DNA of 38,518 nucleotides from a virus (Duplodnaviria; Heunggongvirae; Uroviricota; Caudoviricetes): IMG/VR virus record IMGVR_UViG_2671181134_000015; one strand, 5' to 3'. Shown piece by piece: positions 37,093 to 38,518 of this stretch (position 1 is its first letter; each line of letters starts with the position of its first letter). The notes under the pieces were generated by a model. It saw only the letters and a program-made list of their open reading frames with translations, ran no database searches and was not told where the DNA came from. The position numbers and the translations under genes were made by a program.

Positions 37093-37114
37093 TTCGCGAG
37101 AGGTTAATACTCAA

Positions 37115-37456
37115 ATGGTTATCTTGTCAATAGACTATGCAAAAAAGCTACGTCAAATACGCAAGGCTGAAGGGCTAACGCAAAAGGAATTTGCGGATAT
37201 TACGGGGTTGTCTTTAGCTGCCATAAGGAACTATGAATCAGGGCAAAAAAGCGCCAGAGCCAAAATTGTTGAGATGGTTCTCCAAGTTGATCGGTTTGAA
37301 AAATACATGATGTGGCTAATAAAAGATAAGACAATGCCTGCTGCCGGTCAGATAGCCCCGGCTCTCTCTCTTGATGGCTCCATTCAGTCGGAGGGCGATC
37401 AGGTTTCAATCGGCATTACCCAAAAATCACCCCGATCTCGTCGCAATGCTGGCTAA
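37115..37456 (+). CDS. Immunity repressor (P2 C-like)
   Basis: HTH LTQKEFADITGLSLAAIRNYESG and GQIAPAL block as in P2 C; directly upstream of int. Confidence 0.8.
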   Translation: MVILSIDYAKKLRQIRKAEGLTQKEFADITGLSLAAIRNYESGQKSARAKIVEMVLQVDRFEKYMMWLIKDKTMPAAGQIAPALSLDGSIQSEGDQVSIGITQKSPRSRRNAG

Positions 37457-37525
37457 CGCTGTACATCGAGCGGGTTTCATCCCGTAGAGAGTGTACGGCT
37501 GATTCATCCGTTGGAGGGGCTAATC

Positions 37526-38518
37526 ATGTCGATTAAGCAACTCAAAGACGGGCGTTATAAGGTTGATGTAAGACCGCAAGGGACGGAAGGAAAGCGGATC
37601 CGTAAGATTTTTACCCTGAAGTCAAAGGCACAGGAGTTTGAAAGGTATGTTTTGCAGAATTTCCACGATAAACCGTGGCAGGCCAAGCCAGCTGATCAGC
37701 GTCGGTTATCCGAACTGATAGATGCCTGGTGGGTGCTTGATGGCCGGAATCAGCCTTACGGGGATACTTACAGGGTCAGGCTGGAAAAAATAAACCGTGA
37801 GATGAGGGACCCCCGCGCCAGTGAGATGACGCGAAAGTTTATGCTCGGGTATCGTTCAGACAAATTACAGGCCGGATTAATGCCCTCCAGTGTTAATCGT
37901 GATTTGTGCGCCTTGTCTGCAATGTTTACCTCGCTGATTGATGCGGAGGTTTTCCATAACGAAAACCCGGTGCGTGGAATACGTAAGCTCAAGGTCAGGA
38001 ATACAGAAATGGCCTTTCTTTCAGATGATGAGATTGATCGGCTGCTTGAACGACTCGAGGGGGATGCGCGTCGTGTTGCTGTTCTGTGTCTTTCCACTGG
38101 CGCAAGGTGGGGGGAAGCAGCTGGCTTACGTGGTGAGCATATCGTTGGTAACCGCGTAATGTTCTTTAACACAAAGAATGGAAAATCCCGCGCGGTTCCT
38201 GTTTCTGATACGGTGCTTTCGTTGATAAAAACCCGAAAAACCGGGCTATTGTACCAGGCTGATTACATCCGTTTTCGGGATATCCTTCAGGAGGTGAAAC
38301 CGGACTTACCCAAAGGTCAGGCGACTCACGTTATGCGTCACACGTTCGCCACGCATTTCATGATGAACGGCGGAAATATCGTTACGTTACAGCGAATCCT
38401 TGGGCACGCCACGATTCAACAAACGATGACGTATGCGCATTTTTCACCGGACTTTTTACAGGATGCGATTAGCTTTAATCCGCTGGCTGATAGTGTCCAT
38501 AAACTGTCCATTGACTAG
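37526..38518 (+). CDS. int: Tyrosine integrase (P2 Int-like), complete; stop codon is the last triplet of the window
   Basis: MSIKQLKDGRYKVDVRP N-terminus as P2 Int (MAIKKLDDGRYEVDIRP); C-terminal R...HxxR...Y catalytic region (ATHVMRHTFATHF...TMTYAHF); GGAGGGG RBS. Confidence 0.95.
   Translation: MSIKQLKDGRYKVDVRPQGTEGKRIRKIFTLKSKAQEFERYVLQNFHDKPWQAKPADQRRLSELIDAWWVLDGRNQPYGDTYRVRLEKINREMRDPRASEMTRKFMLGYRSDKLQAGLMPSSVNRDLCALSAMFTSLIDAEVFHNENPVRGIRKLKVRNTEMAFLSDDEIDRLLERLEGDARRVAVLCLSTGARWGEAAGLRGEHIVGNRVMFFNTKNGKSRAVPVSDTVLSLIKTRKTGLLYQADYIRFRDILQEVKPDLPKGQATHVMRHTFATHFMMNGGNIVTLQRILGHATIQQTMTYAHFSPDFLQDAISFNPLADSVHKLSID

Larger units (their letters stand above)
2279..38518. mobile_element. 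P2-like (Peduovirus-type) prophage, ogr end to integrase; integrase stop coincides with the window end so attL is not visible
   Basis: Synteny and protein signatures of P2 gene products: ogr, D, FI, FII, E/E', T, U, G, H, I, J, W, V, S, R, lysis genes, X, L, M, N, O, P, Q, A, cox-like, C, int. Confidence 0.9.

Overview
The window holds the complete seryl-tRNA synthetase gene serS (1-1293, E. coli-type), two tandem hok-family type I toxin loci (about 1468-2312), and a nearly complete P2-like prophage running from ogr (2279) to an integrase that ends exactly at the window edge (38518). All calls rest on reading the sequence and the supplied ORF track against remembered protein-family signatures; no database or HMM search was run. 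The prophage carries a recognisable P2 gene set (ogr, D, FI, FII, E/E', T, U, G, H, I, J, W, V, S, R, lysis cassette, X, L, M, N, O, P, Q, A, cox-like, C, int), but the FI-FII-E-T-U tail block (3904-9479) is inverted relative to its neighbours. The findings most worth follow-up are the tandem hok loci, that inversion, a sialate-O-acetylesterase-like cargo gene between the lysis and tail genes, and an AT-rich membrane-anchored protein preceded by a mini-ORF and terminator in the position of the P2 tin/old defence hotspot. Other cargo includes a Dam methyltransferase, a DnaQ-like exonuclease and a DUF4406-like protein in the early operon. No CRISPR array, rRNA, tRNA or transposase was seen. attL and the att core are not resolved within the window.
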